54,632 bases of DNA from Bacteroidales bacterium (GTDB lineage: Bacteria > Bacteroidota > Bacteroidia > Bacteroidales > CAIWKO01). Under the pieces are notes generated by a model that saw nothing but the letters and a program-made list of their open reading frames with translations, made no database searches and was not told the DNA's origin. Positions 40,857-51,886 of the stretch are shown piece after piece (within the stretch, counting starts at the first letter, position 1; each line of letters begins with the position of its first letter). The DNA is taken from assembly GCA_035389045.1 (NCBI GenBank), contig DAOORA010000024.1, forward strand, positions 1-54,632. The letters run 5' to 3'. The position numbers were made by a program, and so were the translations under genes.

Positions 40857-41720
40857 CTATCCGAGATAAGATTTTAAATTTTTGCTCCGCGAGCTGATCT
40901 TTAGTTTCCGTATGGCTTTTTCTCTTATCTGCCGCACCCGTTCACGGGTAAGGTCGAACTTATCGGCAATCTCATCCAGCGTCAACGGAATGCTGCCTTT
41001 CAGACCATAGGTATATCTTAATATTTCTGCCTCTCTTGATGTTATAGTAGAAAACGCCCTTTCGATTTCTACCCTCAGAGAATCAAGTATTAATCCTGTT
41101 TCCGGATCGTAAAGTTCATCAGTTTTCATCAGGTCCAGCATGGTAGTTTCTTCTTCGGGGGCCACCGGCACATCCATAGAGACGTGCTTGCCGCTGTTTT
41201 TCATCGATTCGCGCACTTCGCTTTCAGAAACGTTTAGTATCTCGGCAATTTCATCAGGATTAGGCTCACGCTGGTGTGTCTGCTCAAAAAGGTTGTAGGT
41301 TCTGTTTATCCGGTTCAACGTACCGATCTTGTTAAGCGGCAGCCGTACGATTCTTGATTGTTCAGCTATGGCCTGAAGTATAGACTGGCGTATCCACCAT
41401 ACTGCATAGGAAATAAATTTAAATCCTTTGGTTTCATCAAAACGCCGGGCAGCTTTTATCAGCCCGACATTGCCTTCGTTTATCAGATCGGGAAGGCTTA
41501 ATCCCTGGTTCTGGTATTGTTTGGCCACCGATACCACAAACCGCAGATTGGCCCGGGTAAGTTTGTGCAGGGCCGCCTGATCTCCCTGTTTGATACGCTG
41601 TGCCAGAAACACCTCGTCATCCGGTGTGATCAGGGCTTCTTTACTTATTTCCTGAAGGTATTTGTCGAGTGACGCCGTTTCCCGGTTGGTCACCTGCTTT
41701 GCAATCTTTAATTGTCTCAT
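40857..41720 (-). CDS. rpoD: Primary sigma factor, Bacteroidota type (no region 1.1)
   Basis: MRQLKI.KQVTNRE..SLDKYL, ANLRFVVSVAKQY, FISYAVWWIRQ, LTRERVRQI; pnp-rpoD-rpe synteny. Confidence 0.93.
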   Translation of the reverse strand: MRQLKIAKQVTNRETASLDKYLQEISKEALITPDDEVFLAQRIKQGDQAALHKLTRANLRFVVSVAKQYQNQGLSLPDLINEGNVGLIKAARRFDETKGFKFISYAVWWIRQSILQAIAEQSRIVRLPLNKIGTLNRINRTYNLFEQTHQREPNPDEIAEILNVSESEVRESMKNSGKHVSMDVPVAPEEETTMLDLMKTDELYDPETGLILDSLRVEIERAFSTITSREAEILRYTYGLKGSIPLTLDEIADKFDLTRERVRQIREKAIRKLKISSRSKNLKSYLG

Positions 41721-41893
41721 AAACGTTCCCCCTTATGTTTAAAACATTACCGGAATCCCATGCAGATACAAATAACTTAAACAGGTCGATTATAAAAACC
41801 ACCTGTTTGAATTATTTGTCTGTACCTGTAAAGATTAAGACAATGATCCTTGAAAAAAGGTTGCCTGACAAAAAAGAAAAGCTGACCGTAAAA

Positions 41894-44017
41894 CTATTGT
41901 TTTACCGGTTTGGGCAATAATACTTTACGTGAAAGTTTCAGTTTTCCTGTTTTTTTGTCAATCTCGATAAGTTTTACCTGGACTTCGTCACCGATTTTAA
42001 GGACTTTTTCCACATCGTCGGTTCTTTTCCAATCTATTTCAGAAATATGGAGCAAGCCATCTTTTCCGGGGAGTATTTCGATAAAAGCTCCGAAGGGTTG
42101 AATGTTGCGGACTTTGCCGGTGTAAATCTCTCCAACTTCCGGTACGGCTACAATTTTTTTGATCCAGTTCATGGCTTTTTCGGAGGATTCTTTGTCGTTT
42201 GAAACAATATCCACGATTCCGAAATCGCCTTCTTCTTCGATCACGATGGTGGCTCCTGTAGAATTTTGTATTTCCTGAATGATCTTTCCTCCCGGTCCGA
42301 TCACAGCGCCGATGAATTCTTTGGGAATCGTCATCTGAACGATTCTGGGGACATGGGGCTTGTAGTCTTCCCGTGGTGCAGCGATGGTCTTTCCCATTTC
42401 GTTCAGGATATGTAAACGTCCGGCCAGTGCCTGGTTCAGCGCCTCAGTGAGTATTTCATACGGCAGTCCGTCAACTTTAATATCCATCTGACAGGCGGTA
42501 ATTCCGTTCCTGGTGCCGGTAACTTTAAAGTCCATATCACCTAAATGGTCTTCGTCGCCTAAAATATCCGAAAGAATAGCATATTTCCCGTCTTTTCCGC
42601 TGATGAGCCCCATCGCAATTCCCGAGACGGGCTTTTTCAGCTTCACACCGGCATCCATCAGCGCCAGCGTGCCGGCACATACGGTCGCCATAGAGGAAGA
42701 ACCGTTCGATTCAAGGATGTCGGAAACGATTCTGATGGTATACGGGTTTTCTTCACCCCAGGGGATCATATTTTTCAGGGCACGATGTGCAAGGTTTCCG
42801 TGTCCGATCTCCCGGCGTCCGGTTCCACGCAGCATTTTTACCTCACCGGTGGAGAAGGGTGGGAAATTATAATGAAGCATAAATTTATTCTTGCCGTCGA
42901 AAATCACGCCGTCAATAATCTGTTCATCGAGTTTGGTTCCTAAGGTCACCGTAGTGAGGGACTGTGTTTCACCTCTCGTAAATATTGACGAGCCATGAGC
43001 AGCAGGCAGGTAATCCACTTCAGACCATATCGGGCGTATCTCATCGAGTTTCCGTCCGTCGAGCCGTTTCCTGTCGTTGAGCATCATATGGCGGACGGCT
43101 TCTTTTTCTATCTGAAAATAGTAGCGGTTGATCATGGGGCCTTTTTCGTCACGTTCTTCTTCTGACAAGGTTTCGAGGAAGTCGGCTTTTACTTTTTCGA
43201 AGGCTTCTGAACGTTGGTGTTTGGCGGAAGCCGTGCTGGCAATATCATAAATTTTCTGATAGGCAAAATTTCTGAGTTTTTCCTTTATAGTTTCGTCATT
43301 TTTTTCGTGACAATACTGGCGTTTTGATTTTGATTTTTCGATCATTTCGGCCAGTTCGAGCTGTGCCCTGCATTGCAGGCGAATGGTTTCATGAGCAAAT
43401 TTCAATGCGTCCACGAGTTCACTCTCAGAGACTTCTTTCATCTCTCCTTCCACCATCATGATATTATCCATTGAAGCAGCCACAATAATGTCAAAATCGG
43501 AAGACACCATATCGGAGGTGCTCGGATTAACAACGAATTTGCCATCGATCCTGCCCACCCTTACTTCAGAAATAGGACCATTAAAAGGTATATCGGAGAT
43601 GGTAAGCGCTGTAGAGGCTGCCAGACATGCCAAGGCATCGGGCATACATTCTTTGTCGCCCGATATCAGTGTGACCAGCACTTGTGTTTCTGCATGGTAG
43701 TCATCGGGAAACAATGGACGTAAGGCCCTGTCGATCAGGCGCGACACAAGAATTTCATATTCTGACGGCCGGGCTTCGCGTTTAAAGAATCCACCGGGAA
43801 AGCGGCCTGTGGCAGCATATTTTTCCTGGTAATCCACCGAAAGAGGCATAAAGTCAACATTTTCGGCAGCATCTTTTTTGGAGACCACCGTGGCAAGCAG
43901 CATGGTATCACCCATTTTTACCACCACCGAACCATCGGCCTGTTTGGCGAGTTTTCCGGTTTCAATGTTGATCATTCTTCCATCGCCTATATCAAATGAT
44001 TTATTTATTCCTGTCAT
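41894..44017 (-). CDS. pnp: Polyribonucleotide nucleotidyltransferase
   Basis: [25 protein letters not shown] and S1 domains. Confidence 0.99.
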   Translation of the reverse strand: MTGINKSFDIGDGRMINIETGKLAKQADGSVVVKMGDTMLLATVVSKKDAAENVDFMPLSVDYQEKYAATGRFPGGFFKREARPSEYEILVSRLIDRALRPLFPDDYHAETQVLVTLISGDKECMPDALACLAASTALTISDIPFNGPISEVRVGRIDGKFVVNPSTSDMVSSDFDIIVAASMDNIMMVEGEMKEVSESELVDALKFAHETIRLQCRAQLELAEMIEKSKSKRQYCHEKNDETIKEKLRNFAYQKIYDIASTASAKHQRSEAFEKVKADFLETLSEEERDEKGPMINRYYFQIEKEAVRHMMLNDRKRLDGRKLDEIRPIWSEVDYLPAAHGSSIFTRGETQSLTTVTLGTKLDEQIIDGVIFDGKNKFMLHYNFPPFSTGEVKMLRGTGRREIGHGNLAHRALKNMIPWGEENPYTIRIVSDILESNGSSSMATVCAGTLALMDAGVKLKKPVSGIAMGLISGKDGKYAILSDILGDEDHLGDMDFKVTGTRNGITACQMDIKVDGLPYEILTEALNQALAGRLHILNEMGKTIAAPREDYKPHVPRIVQMTIPKEFIGAVIGPGGKIIQEIQNSTGATIVIEEEGDFGIVDIVSNDKESSEKAMNWIKKIVAVPEVGEIYTGKVRNIQPFGAFIEILPGKDGLLHISEIDWKRTDDVEKVLKIGDEVQVKLIEIDKKTGKLKLSRKVLLPKPVKQ

Positions 44018-44073
44018 GAGTTTTGGGTTTTATATATATATATTGTATCTATATAAGAACATTCTTAATAAAT

Positions 44074-44103
44074 AAAAAAAGGCAATTCGCATTGCCTTTT
44101 TTT
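44074..44103 (-). terminator. Terminator after rpsO
   Basis: A7-GGCAAT-loop-ATTGCC-T7. Confidence 0.85.
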
Positions 44104-44117
44104 GAATGTCTGAGAAA

Positions 44118-44393
44118 TTATTTTCTTATCTTGAGTTCTTTTATGCTGATTAGGTTCCTGTACCGCTCAATATCCCTGTCTTTCAGATAGTCGAGCAGAC
44201 GTCTTCTTTTGCCTACCAGGCGAACCAGCGACCTTCGTGTAAAAGCATCTTTGTCATTACTTTTCAGATGTGCTGTGAGATGCTGTATCCTGTATGTGAA
44301 CAATGCAATCTGACCTTCTGTGGAACCTGTATCAAATTCTGATTTACCGTACTGTTTGAAGATATTTTTCTTTACTTCGCTTGTTAAATACAT
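44118..44393 (-). CDS. rpsO: 30S ribosomal protein S15
   Basis: DTGSTEGQIALFT.RI.HLT.HL, LVGKRRRLLDYL; TACTTTTG promoter at 44421-44428. Confidence 0.98.
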   Translation of the reverse strand: MYLTSEVKKNIFKQYGKSEFDTGSTEGQIALFTYRIQHLTAHLKSNDKDAFTRRSLVRLVGKRRRLLDYLKDRDIERYRNLISIKELKIRK

Positions 44394-44475
44394 TTTTTCT
44401 TAAATATTAAATTTGGAGTGCAAAAGTACAAAAATTATTAATATGAAAACAAATATCCCGATTTTTTTAAAAAAT

Positions 44476-45486
44476 TTATTCAAAACCAAGATTTGAAGTA
44501 TATGCTCCGTTGATCAGGTTTTCTTTGGAAAAAGTGGTCAGGTTGTAAGAATATTTTTTGGTATAGCGGCATGAAAAAATCCCCAGGCCGTTAGAAATAT
44601 TTGTATATACAGGCCTTTCCTGGATGACCGAGGTTGAGGGTTTATTCAAATCTATATAGATACTGAGTTCATCGCCGCCGGCAGAAATAATAAAATCCAC
44701 CTTACCAATCAGCCGGGAAACATTGTAATCGACCGGAACCCTGGCTGCAATATTTCTGTAGAACTCCTCAGAATTATAATTCGTAAACAACACTTCCCCG
44801 CCGTCGAGTTTTTCAGATTTGACCCTGCTCAAATGCCAGTCCACATATTTGTTTACCGTATCATGTGTGGTGTTGTTGACTTCGCGGTAATGAAAACGGA
44901 ACAAGGGTTCATAAATACGTCCGTTTTTTGCTGATTTCCAAGATGCTTCAAAAATCGAGTACTCCAGACTTGGCCCGACGAGTCCCAACTGGGGATTGTC
45001 GGGGTTATACAAGGGTTTTGTGATGCTGAAATCGTGTATCATGTTTGTTGAAGCCGTAACGACGTTCCCGGTGTATATGTTGTTAATTCTCAGCCGGAAC
45101 GAATCATTTGAAACAGCCGCAGGGTTGGGGAAATTAAATTTATACACCTCCTGCTGTGGGTAATAGAACATCCCGGAATCTTTACCGGAAACCAGGGTTT
45201 TCTGCAGGGTAAGGGTTCCGGTTTCATTACCGTTGTGTATCTGGGTGACGGTAACCTCAAGCTCATCGCCATAAGAACCTGATTCCGGATCGCGGGCCAT
45301 TTCAAGGGCATTGCCCTCGCAAAGGAACGCCCTGGTGATCTTTACATATTGAACTGTATCGGTCTGATCGAGCAGTCCATAAACGATAGCTATATCTTTT
45401 TTATCCGCATTAATGTCAAAATCTGTTGAACAGGAATAAAAACACATTAAGGATAACAACAAAAGCGGGAAAAATATAGGGCGCAT
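44476..45486 (-). CDS. Hypothetical lipoprotein (DUF4249-like)
   Basis: Lipobox FYS-C, IVYGLLD..QYVKI..AF, YTNISNGLGIFS; start ATG 45486 after TACTTTTG at 45508-45515. Confidence 0.78.
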   Translation of the reverse strand: MRPIFFPLLLLSLMCFYSCSTDFDINADKKDIAIVYGLLDQTDTVQYVKITRAFLCEGNALEMARDPESGSYGDELEVTVTQIHNGNETGTLTLQKTLVSGKDSGMFYYPQQEVYKFNFPNPAAVSNDSFRLRINNIYTGNVVTASTNMIHDFSITKPLYNPDNPQLGLVGPSLEYSIFEASWKSAKNGRIYEPLFRFHYREVNNTTHDTVNKYVDWHLSRVKSEKLDGGEVLFTNYNSEEFYRNIAARVPVDYNVSRLIGKVDFIISAGGDELSIYIDLNKPSTSVIQERPVYTNISNGLGIFSCRYTKKYSYNLTTFSKENLINGAYTSNLGFE

Positions 45487-45781
45487 AAGAACAAATAGAA
45501 TTTGATACAAAAGTAAAAATAATTTGTAAAACATAACAATTATTCTTAGCTTAATAATTCAAAAATTGTTTCAACTAATTGCTTATCTTGATGTTACTTT
45601 GTAGGTAGTTTGTGCGATATGGTGTTAAAAACTATCAGCCAATGAGATCAACAAGGTTTGCACTTAGATTCTCTAAGTATGTGAATTAATCAGGCTAAGG
45701 AATTTTTCAGCAGGATAAAAAAGCGATAATTCAATGGTTTTTTACATGAACTTCATAACTTTGCAAAAAAATATCAAGATC

Positions 45782-46600
45782 ATGACAACAGAACCGGGCA
45801 AAATTGCAAAGATCACTACCCATGTTTTACGGGAAATGAAATTACGCGGAAGGAAAATCGCCATGCTCACCGCCTACGATTATTCTTTTGCAAAAATCCT
45901 TGACGCTGCTGAAATTGACATCATCCTTGTCGGCGATTCTGCATCCAATGTGATGGCCGGCCATTCCTCCACCCTGCCAATCACGCTCGACCAGATGATC
46001 TACCATGCCGCATCGGTGATGCGTGGAGTAAACCGTGCTCTTGTAGTGGTTGACCTGCCTTTCGGGACTTACCAGGGAAATTCCATGGAGGCATTATCCT
46101 CTGCCATCCGGATCATGAAAGAAACCGGGGCAGACGCCGTAAAACTTGAAGGAGGCAGGGAGGTACTGGAATCTGTTGAACGGATACTATCCGCCGGCAT
46201 CCCGGTGATGGGGCACCTTGGGCTTACACCGCAGTCCATACACAAATTCGGCACGTATGTTGTCCGTGCCACGGAAGAAAAAGAGGCTCAGAAACTCATT
46301 GAAGACGCACACCTGCTTGATGAAGCGGGATGTTTTGGCATCGTCCTGGAAAAAATTCCTGCCAAACTGGCGGCACAGGTCACCCGTGAAGTGAAGACCC
46401 CCATCATTGGCATAGGCGCCGGCAGGGAAGTTGACGGACAAGTGCTGGTACTGCATGATATGCTGGGAATCAACATGGATTTCTCTCCGCGTTTTTTACG
46501 CCGCTACCACAACCTGCAGGAAGAAGTGATGGGCGCCGTGGCCGCTTACATCACTGATGTGAAATCGGGTGATTTCCCGAACGAAAAAGAGCAATATTAA
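45782..46600 (+). CDS. panB: 3-methyl-2-oxobutanoate hydroxymethyltransferase
   Basis: [46 protein letters not shown] promoter at 45756-45763. Confidence 0.98.
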   Translation: MTTEPGKIAKITTHVLREMKLRGRKIAMLTAYDYSFAKILDAAEIDIILVGDSASNVMAGHSSTLPITLDQMIYHAASVMRGVNRALVVVDLPFGTYQGNSMEALSSAIRIMKETGADAVKLEGGREVLESVERILSAGIPVMGHLGLTPQSIHKFGTYVVRATEEKEAQKLIEDAHLLDEAGCFGIVLEKIPAKLAAQVTREVKTPIIGIGAGREVDGQVLVLHDMLGINMDFSPRFLRRYHNLQEEVMGAVAAYITDVKSGDFPNEKEQY

Positions 46601-46602
46601 AC

Positions 46603-47292
46603 ATGCTTTTCGATATCCCCTCGCAGATACTTTACGAGGACAACCACCTGATAATCATCAATAAAAGGCCGGCACAGCTTGTACAGCCCGACAATTCAGG
46701 CGATGACTCCCTTGAGGCAGAAATAAAACTATTTATTAAACAAAAATATCACAAGCCCGGTGAGGCCTTTCTGGGTGTGGCACACCGGCTTGACCGGCCG
46801 GTGAGCGGCGTGGTGGTGTTTGCCAAAACAAGCAAGGCGCTGGTCCGCCTGAACGAAATGCTGAAAAATCATCAGTTAAAAAAAACTTATTGGGCTGTGG
46901 TAAAGAACAAACCTCCGCAGGAAGCGGGCTTGCTTTCGCAATATATTTTAAGAAATCCCAGGCAGAATAAAAGCATGGTTTATGATCTGCCGGTGAAAGA
47001 CGCACAGTCCGCGACTCTTGCCTATAAGGTACTTGCCGGCAGCGAACGGTATTATTTGCTGGAAATAGACCTGATGACAGGCCGTCACCACCAGATACGG
47101 GCGCAACTGGCCGCTATGGGCTGCCCGATAAAAGGCGATGTCAAATACGGTTTTGCCCGCACCAACGCCGATGGTTCGATATGCCTCCATGCCCGGAAAA
47201 TCGAATTTGCGCACCCGGTAAGCAAAGAATTACTGAGTGTGACAGCGCCGGTACCGGAAAGTGATATCTGGAAAATCTTCTGCGGGGTTTAG
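46603..47292 (+). CDS. RluA-family pseudouridine synthase
   Basis: YEDNHLIIINK, HRLDRPVSG, TGRHHQIR, PIKGDVKYG, LHA. Confidence 0.95.
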   Translation: MLFDIPSQILYEDNHLIIINKRPAQLVQPDNSGDDSLEAEIKLFIKQKYHKPGEAFLGVAHRLDRPVSGVVVFAKTSKALVRLNEMLKNHQLKKTYWAVVKNKPPQEAGLLSQYILRNPRQNKSMVYDLPVKDAQSATLAYKVLAGSERYYLLEIDLMTGRHHQIRAQLAAMGCPIKGDVKYGFARTNADGSICLHARKIEFAHPVSKELLSVTAPVPESDIWKIFCGV

Positions 47293-47552
47293 TAATTCTT
47301 TGATGAAGGTCAGAAATTAGTTTCACAAAAATCAATATGCAGCTTACTTTTTTGTTTGACCCCTTACCTTTGGAGAGGCAGAGAAAAAAAGTAAGAAAAA
47401 ATGTAAAAAAAGCATCAAATGTCTATAATATAAGGTTTTATGCATTAATAAAAAATAATTAAATAATTTTTTGCTTTTCGGAAAACACCTTGTATATTTA
47501 TACAAATTTTATTCATAACTGGATGGCAGTATTATAAAAAATTAATAAAGCA

Positions 47553-47733
47553 ATGACAATAACTAAATTACTAATTGTATGGATTTCTATTTCAATTTTT
47601 TCACTTCTGTTTATAACAAACATAAAAGCCCAACAAAATCAGCATAAACGGAGCATCGTATAAGAGCGGTTGCTATTTATTAAGAGTGAAATCAGATAAC
47701 AGCATATGTACCGGAAAATTTGTAAAGCAATGA
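47553..47733 (+). pseudogene. Internally deleted T9SS cargo gene: signal peptide joined out of frame to a CTD tail
   Basis: From ATG 47553: MTITKLLIVWISISIFSLLFITNIKAQQ.. (stop 47663). The +1 frame 47635-47733 reads KISINGASYKSGCYLLRVKSDNSICTGKFVKQ*. Confidence 0.7.
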
Positions 47734-47918
47734 TATGTAAAAAATCCGGGGCAATTATCTGTTTAATAATAATGCTAATAACTGCAAAGAACAGTTCTGA
47801 ACTTAACTGTTTACCAATGGATGATGGTGTGGTGGAAATTGGTTTGAATTAAAAATAATCAAATATTTATATTTACAAATAATGAATAATACTTAGGGTA
47901 TCTCTATTAATCCTGATC

Positions 47919-48065
47919 GGGCGCTTCTAAAAACAAAAAAGTTTAGGGCAGTCGAAGTTATGAACCCGAAGTGTACTGGGCATACATGCCAGTGCCGGGC
48001 CTTTTGAATGCAAGGATTTGAAGAACGAAGAAGAACAAAGAAATTTGAAGTTTTCAGATGTGTCC
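47919..48065. mobile_element. Degenerate MITE with imperfect TIRs
   Basis: GGGCGCTTCTAAAAAC / GTTTTCAGATGTGTCC (12/16 inverted match); followed by TTA; non-coding. Confidence 0.5.
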
Positions 48066-48074
48066 TTAAATCTT

Positions 48075-48174
48075 CTACTTTATATTTGAGCGAAAACCCA
48101 GTGTTTGAATCGAGAAGTTCAGTTTCGAGGCCTGTCTGACTGGCCAGCCAGGAAGGCTTGCGAAGAGACAAAAA
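48075..48174 (-). repeat. Dispersed non-coding repeat, copy 3 (inverted relative to copy 1)
   Basis: Reverse complement matches 141-240, with 45/54 identity over the TCGAAACTGAAC..AAGTAG block. Confidence 0.75.
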
Positions 48175-48211
48175 TGCACATCCGGTTGTATAAAAAAATC
48201 CATTTATTTGA

Positions 48212-48973
48212 TCAATACCTCACTCCCCAGGGAAACTCTTCGGCCTGACGTTTATCGTCGTAAAACTTTTTCAGGACGGCTTCATAATCTGTGGTGTTTA
48301 TCTTTTTACCCTTCAGTTTCTTGGGCAGGTCAAACTCATGGGTGAGAGGCCTCATTTCGATATTTTCTGCGGCAATCACCATAGCCCCTTTGTTAATGTT
48401 GATCTCCAGTATGATCCCCGGCAGCCCGAAAAAGCGGTCGGGACCGGCCTGTACCGGTATATCGAGGGCAAACCAGGCCACCACTTTCTGGTTTCTGAGG
48501 GTGTCTTTCAGCGTAGCATTCATACAAACATGGCCTGCCACCTCTTTCAGGTCGTTCAGTATCTTCCAGTCCGGGGTTTTAAGCGAGTCAGTGATGAGAT
48601 AGGTTTTTCCGAGTACTTCCAGTGCATGAAAGCAGGTATTATTCTCAAAGTTACAGGTCATGACAAAGGTCTCTTTGCGCCCTGCATAACTTCCGTCATC
48701 CTCCGGATCGGCCTTTTCCTCTGAATCTTCGTATTTGGAACGTGTTGCTGAAAAATACAAATTGTTATACATCTTCCATTCCGAATCATTGCCCCACATA
48801 TAGGCCGTCCTTTCTTTACGTTCTTTACTCAGGTAATCACAGGCATTCAGCATTTTCACCCAGTCGTAGGTGGTCAGGTATGTTATCCGGCCTTCAGCCT
48901 GCTGAGGATAAGTCACTTGTGTTACGGACAGGAAAAAAGAGTAAATAAGTGTGATCAGGAAAACTTTTTTCAT
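48212..48973 (-). CDS. GLPGLI family protein
   Basis: Signal peptide, WKI..D.KEVAG..C..AT, AWF..DIPV.AGP..F.GLPGIIL. Confidence 0.92.
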   Translation of the reverse strand: MKKVFLITLIYSFFLSVTQVTYPQQAEGRITYLTTYDWVKMLNACDYLSKERKERTAYMWGNDSEWKMYNNLYFSATRSKYEDSEEKADPEDDGSYAGRKETFVMTCNFENNTCFHALEVLGKTYLITDSLKTPDWKILNDLKEVAGHVCMNATLKDTLRNQKVVAWFALDIPVQAGPDRFFGLPGIILEININKGAMVIAAENIEMRPLTHEFDLPKKLKGKKINTTDYEAVLKKFYDDKRQAEEFPWGVRY

Positions 48974-49000
48974 AGAATTTGATTTAGACTTTTAAGAAAA

Positions 49001-51838
49001 TCACCAGAAATGCCGGTCTTTTTTGAGTTTGGTTTCATAACCCCTGATATTGTAACTGACGCTCAGCATGAAATAACGCGCCAGCGTTCCGGCCACACTC
49101 CGCACGAAGTAGTTCTGAGAGGCATATTGCCTGATGTATTGCCGCTGGTTAAAAATATCGAAGGCGGCCAGGCGTATCTCAAAGTGGTTCTTTTTACCAA
49201 TAAGCTGGCGTACCGAAGCATTGAGCACCGGGATATTTTTATCAAAATCATACTGCGAATTTCTGTAAAACTCATAATCAAAATTACCTTCAAAATAGGT
49301 TTTAGCCGCAAACTGCCATTTTACGGACAATCCGGCATTGTATTCCTGGGCAATCTGATTTCGCTCATTATTCATAGAAAATTTAACATCAGAAATTGAT
49401 GCATCGCCCGATACCGTCATCACCAGCCGCTGCCCGGGTGTAATATTGAACGAGGTTCTTAACTGATAGCTGTTGGAATTGTTTTTATTGAAAACATTGT
49501 TGATATAAGAACCGGACTTGTTATAAGAATATCCGAAATTCCAGTCGTTAGTAAATTTTGTTTTTATTATTGGGTACCCTAACCAGACCCAGGTACTGAC
49601 ATGGTGCGATTCGGAATTGTTATCGGGAACAGAAACCGTCATGATGCCCAGAGAATCCACCCACGTCATGTTTTGATTATACGTAATATTATTAGCACAA
49701 TAACTGTAATTGGAATATACACCGGCATGAGAGAAGCTGGCCGGGTTATAATAATTATAATTGGCGCTTACATTATGGGTCCGTTCGGGTTTTAAATTGA
49801 TATTCCCTTCGACACGGTAGAGCGGGTTGGAAACATCAGGCACGGGCTGCAGGTAGTCGAAGGAGGGCTCAGAAACATCATAGCCGTAATCAAATTCGAG
49901 CCACATATGGTTGGGGAACTCGCAGGTAACATTGAATTTCGGGCTCAGGCTCCAGTAGGTTTTATCAATGGGGTTGGCCAGCAGGGGCATACCTTCGTCC
50001 ACGGCATATTCGCCATTCATCACCAGGTATTGTCCGGCGGCGCCCAGCATCATGTTCAAGCCGTTGAATGAATAACGGAAAGCCGTTCCCAGGCGGTTGA
50101 TCATCACCTTATTGGTATAATAAACACTAAGGCTGTCAATCCGTACATCGCTGTTCAAGAGATCGGTGATCTGCCTGTTGACTTTGTTATCTGACGTGTT
50201 GAAGTTATAAAATACCTCCATAAAAAACTTTTTTGACAGCGGCTCGGTGTAAAGCAAACTTGATTTGATCTGTTGTTTGTCGTAATACCTGGCCGACTTG
50301 CGGTGCAATACCTCGGCATAGGATGGTATAACGTGGTTGTTCAGGGAAAACAGGTTTTCATTATCATCACCCGGGTTCCTGTTGTATCCGGCACTCACGG
50401 CAAACGATCGTCCCCTGACTTTGAATTTGTGCCTGTATATGGCTGCACTCGTGAGTCTCCAGGCATTATTGGCATTAGTATTACCGGTATAAAGATCATT
50501 GATCAAACTTCCCCCGGACAATGAAAAATAATCTCTTTCGATGTCTGTTTTGTGGATATCATTGAATCTGAAGTTGGCTTTTACAATTATTACATTGTTC
50601 GAATCGAGATTCTGTTCAATACGTGCGGCTATGGTGTGACTCTGCCTGTTATCGGAATACGCGGTGGTGTCATTATTGAAAAAGGAGCTGTCGTCGACAA
50701 AAGTTTCCTTATAATCAAACTGGTCGTATTTCAACCTGTTATTTTTATAAAAATATGATATATTAAATTTTGTCTTCGTGTTATCGAAATTGTAGTTTGC
50801 ACCGCCACCGTAGTTCTCGGTAAACCCGCGCCCGTCGAAGTAACTCATGGGCGATTCATCATCGGCCATATAGTAATACCGTCCTCTGCCGCTGCTGAAC
50901 CCGAAATCGCCGTTGTCGTACTGATCGAAGGTTGATTGTCCTTTGAATTCGCTGTAATCTTCCCAGTTGACACCGGTTTCATTGATATTATTGCCATATG
51001 CAATAAAAGACAATTGCGATTTTTTGTCGAAGCGGTTATAGTTGGCGCGTCCGGCCCAGCGCAGGACGCCTTCTTCGTTGGCGCCGCCGGCTACGGTGGC
51101 TTTTCCGAAGGAACCCTTTTTGTACTCGCCCTTGAGTTCTAGGTTCATGGCTTTTTCTTTCACCCCGTCGTCAATGCCGGTGAGTTTTGACTGTTCGGAT
51201 TTCTCATCAAAAACCTGTACTTTCGAAACGGCGTTGGCATCCAGGTTTTTCGTTGCCCCCGAAGGATCATCGCCAAAAAAAGTCTTGCCGTCCACGTACA
51301 CCCGTTTTACATCTTTGCCCTGTGATTTCAGGTTTCCCGCGACATCTACCTCTATGCCGGGGAGCCGCCGCAATAAGTCTTCGACGGTGGAACCGGGAGG
51401 CGCTTTGAATGTGGTAGCATCGTATTCAATGGTGTCGCCGCGTATGGTCAGCGGCGCTTTGGCTTCGCGGATAACCACTTCAAAAAGTTCTTTGGCTATC
51501 GGCTTTATGGATACAATGCCAAGATCATTTAAGGATGTACCGGCTGGTTCCACCATTTGCTGAAGAGGCAAAAAACTGATGTGCGATACTTTCAGCAGGT
51601 ATGCCGTATTTTTAACATTATTAAACCCAAAAGCGCCATGCACATCACTTTGCGTAAAATTCTGCAGCGTGGAATCTTTGGGGTTTAGCAGCATGACGGT
51701 GGCAAATCCGGCCTCATTATTATTATTGTCTTTAATAACACCTTTAATGGTCACCCGTGCAGGTATCTGCGCATAGGCGCTACCTGAAACCAACAGTATG
51801 AACAGCAGGAATAGTTTACAAGCGTATTTCATGTTCAA
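49001..51838 (-). CDS. Outer-membrane beta-barrel (TonB-dependent receptor-like) with N-terminal carboxypeptidase-regulatory-like domain
   Basis: GDTIEYDA..VEDLLRRLPGIEVD, VYVDGKTFFGDDP plug; GN..LKPE; C-terminal RYFMLSVSY; typical partner of GLPGLI genes. Confidence 0.9.
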   Translation of the reverse strand: MNMKYACKLFLLFILLVSGSAYAQIPARVTIKGVIKDNNNNEAGFATVMLLNPKDSTLQNFTQSDVHGAFGFNNVKNTAYLLKVSHISFLPLQQMVEPAGTSLNDLGIVSIKPIAKELFEVVIREAKAPLTIRGDTIEYDATTFKAPPGSTVEDLLRRLPGIEVDVAGNLKSQGKDVKRVYVDGKTFFGDDPSGATKNLDANAVSKVQVFDEKSEQSKLTGIDDGVKEKAMNLELKGEYKKGSFGKATVAGGANEEGVLRWAGRANYNRFDKKSQLSFIAYGNNINETGVNWEDYSEFKGQSTFDQYDNGDFGFSSGRGRYYYMADDESPMSYFDGRGFTENYGGGANYNFDNTKTKFNISYFYKNNRLKYDQFDYKETFVDDSSFFNNDTTAYSDNRQSHTIAARIEQNLDSNNVIIVKANFRFNDIHKTDIERDYFSLSGGSLINDLYTGNTNANNAWRLTSAAIYRHKFKVRGRSFAVSAGYNRNPGDDNENLFSLNNHVIPSYAEVLHRKSARYYDKQQIKSSLLYTEPLSKKFFMEVFYNFNTSDNKVNRQITDLLNSDVRIDSLSVYYTNKVMINRLGTAFRYSFNGLNMMLGAAGQYLVMNGEYAVDEGMPLLANPIDKTYWSLSPKFNVTCEFPNHMWLEFDYGYDVSEPSFDYLQPVPDVSNPLYRVEGNINLKPERTHNVSANYNYYNPASFSHAGVYSNYSYCANNITYNQNMTWVDSLGIMTVSVPDNNSESHHVSTWVWLGYPIIKTKFTNDWNFGYSYNKSGSYINNVFNKNNSNSYQLRTSFNITPGQRLVMTVSGDASISDVKFSMNNERNQIAQEYNAGLSVKWQFAAKTYFEGNFDYEFYRNSQYDFDKNIPVLNASVRQLIGKKNHFEIRLAAFDIFNQRQYIRQYASQNYFVRSVAGTLARYFMLSVSYNIRGYETKLKKDRHFW

Positions 51839-51860
51839 TGATCGTTAAAAACGGGTTTTT

Positions 51861-51886
51861 GACAGTACAAAATCCTGTTTGTTACA
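51861..51886 (-). promoter_or_regulatory. Candidate ECF-sigma promoter
   Basis: Minus strand TGTAAC-N17-GTC, about 22 nt before the ATG. Confidence 0.4.

Noticed and set aside
47893..48171. 92-aa ORF
   Set aside because: It lies wholly within non-coding repeat/MITE sequence, and the homologous copy at 141-240 gives no sign of a conserved protein.
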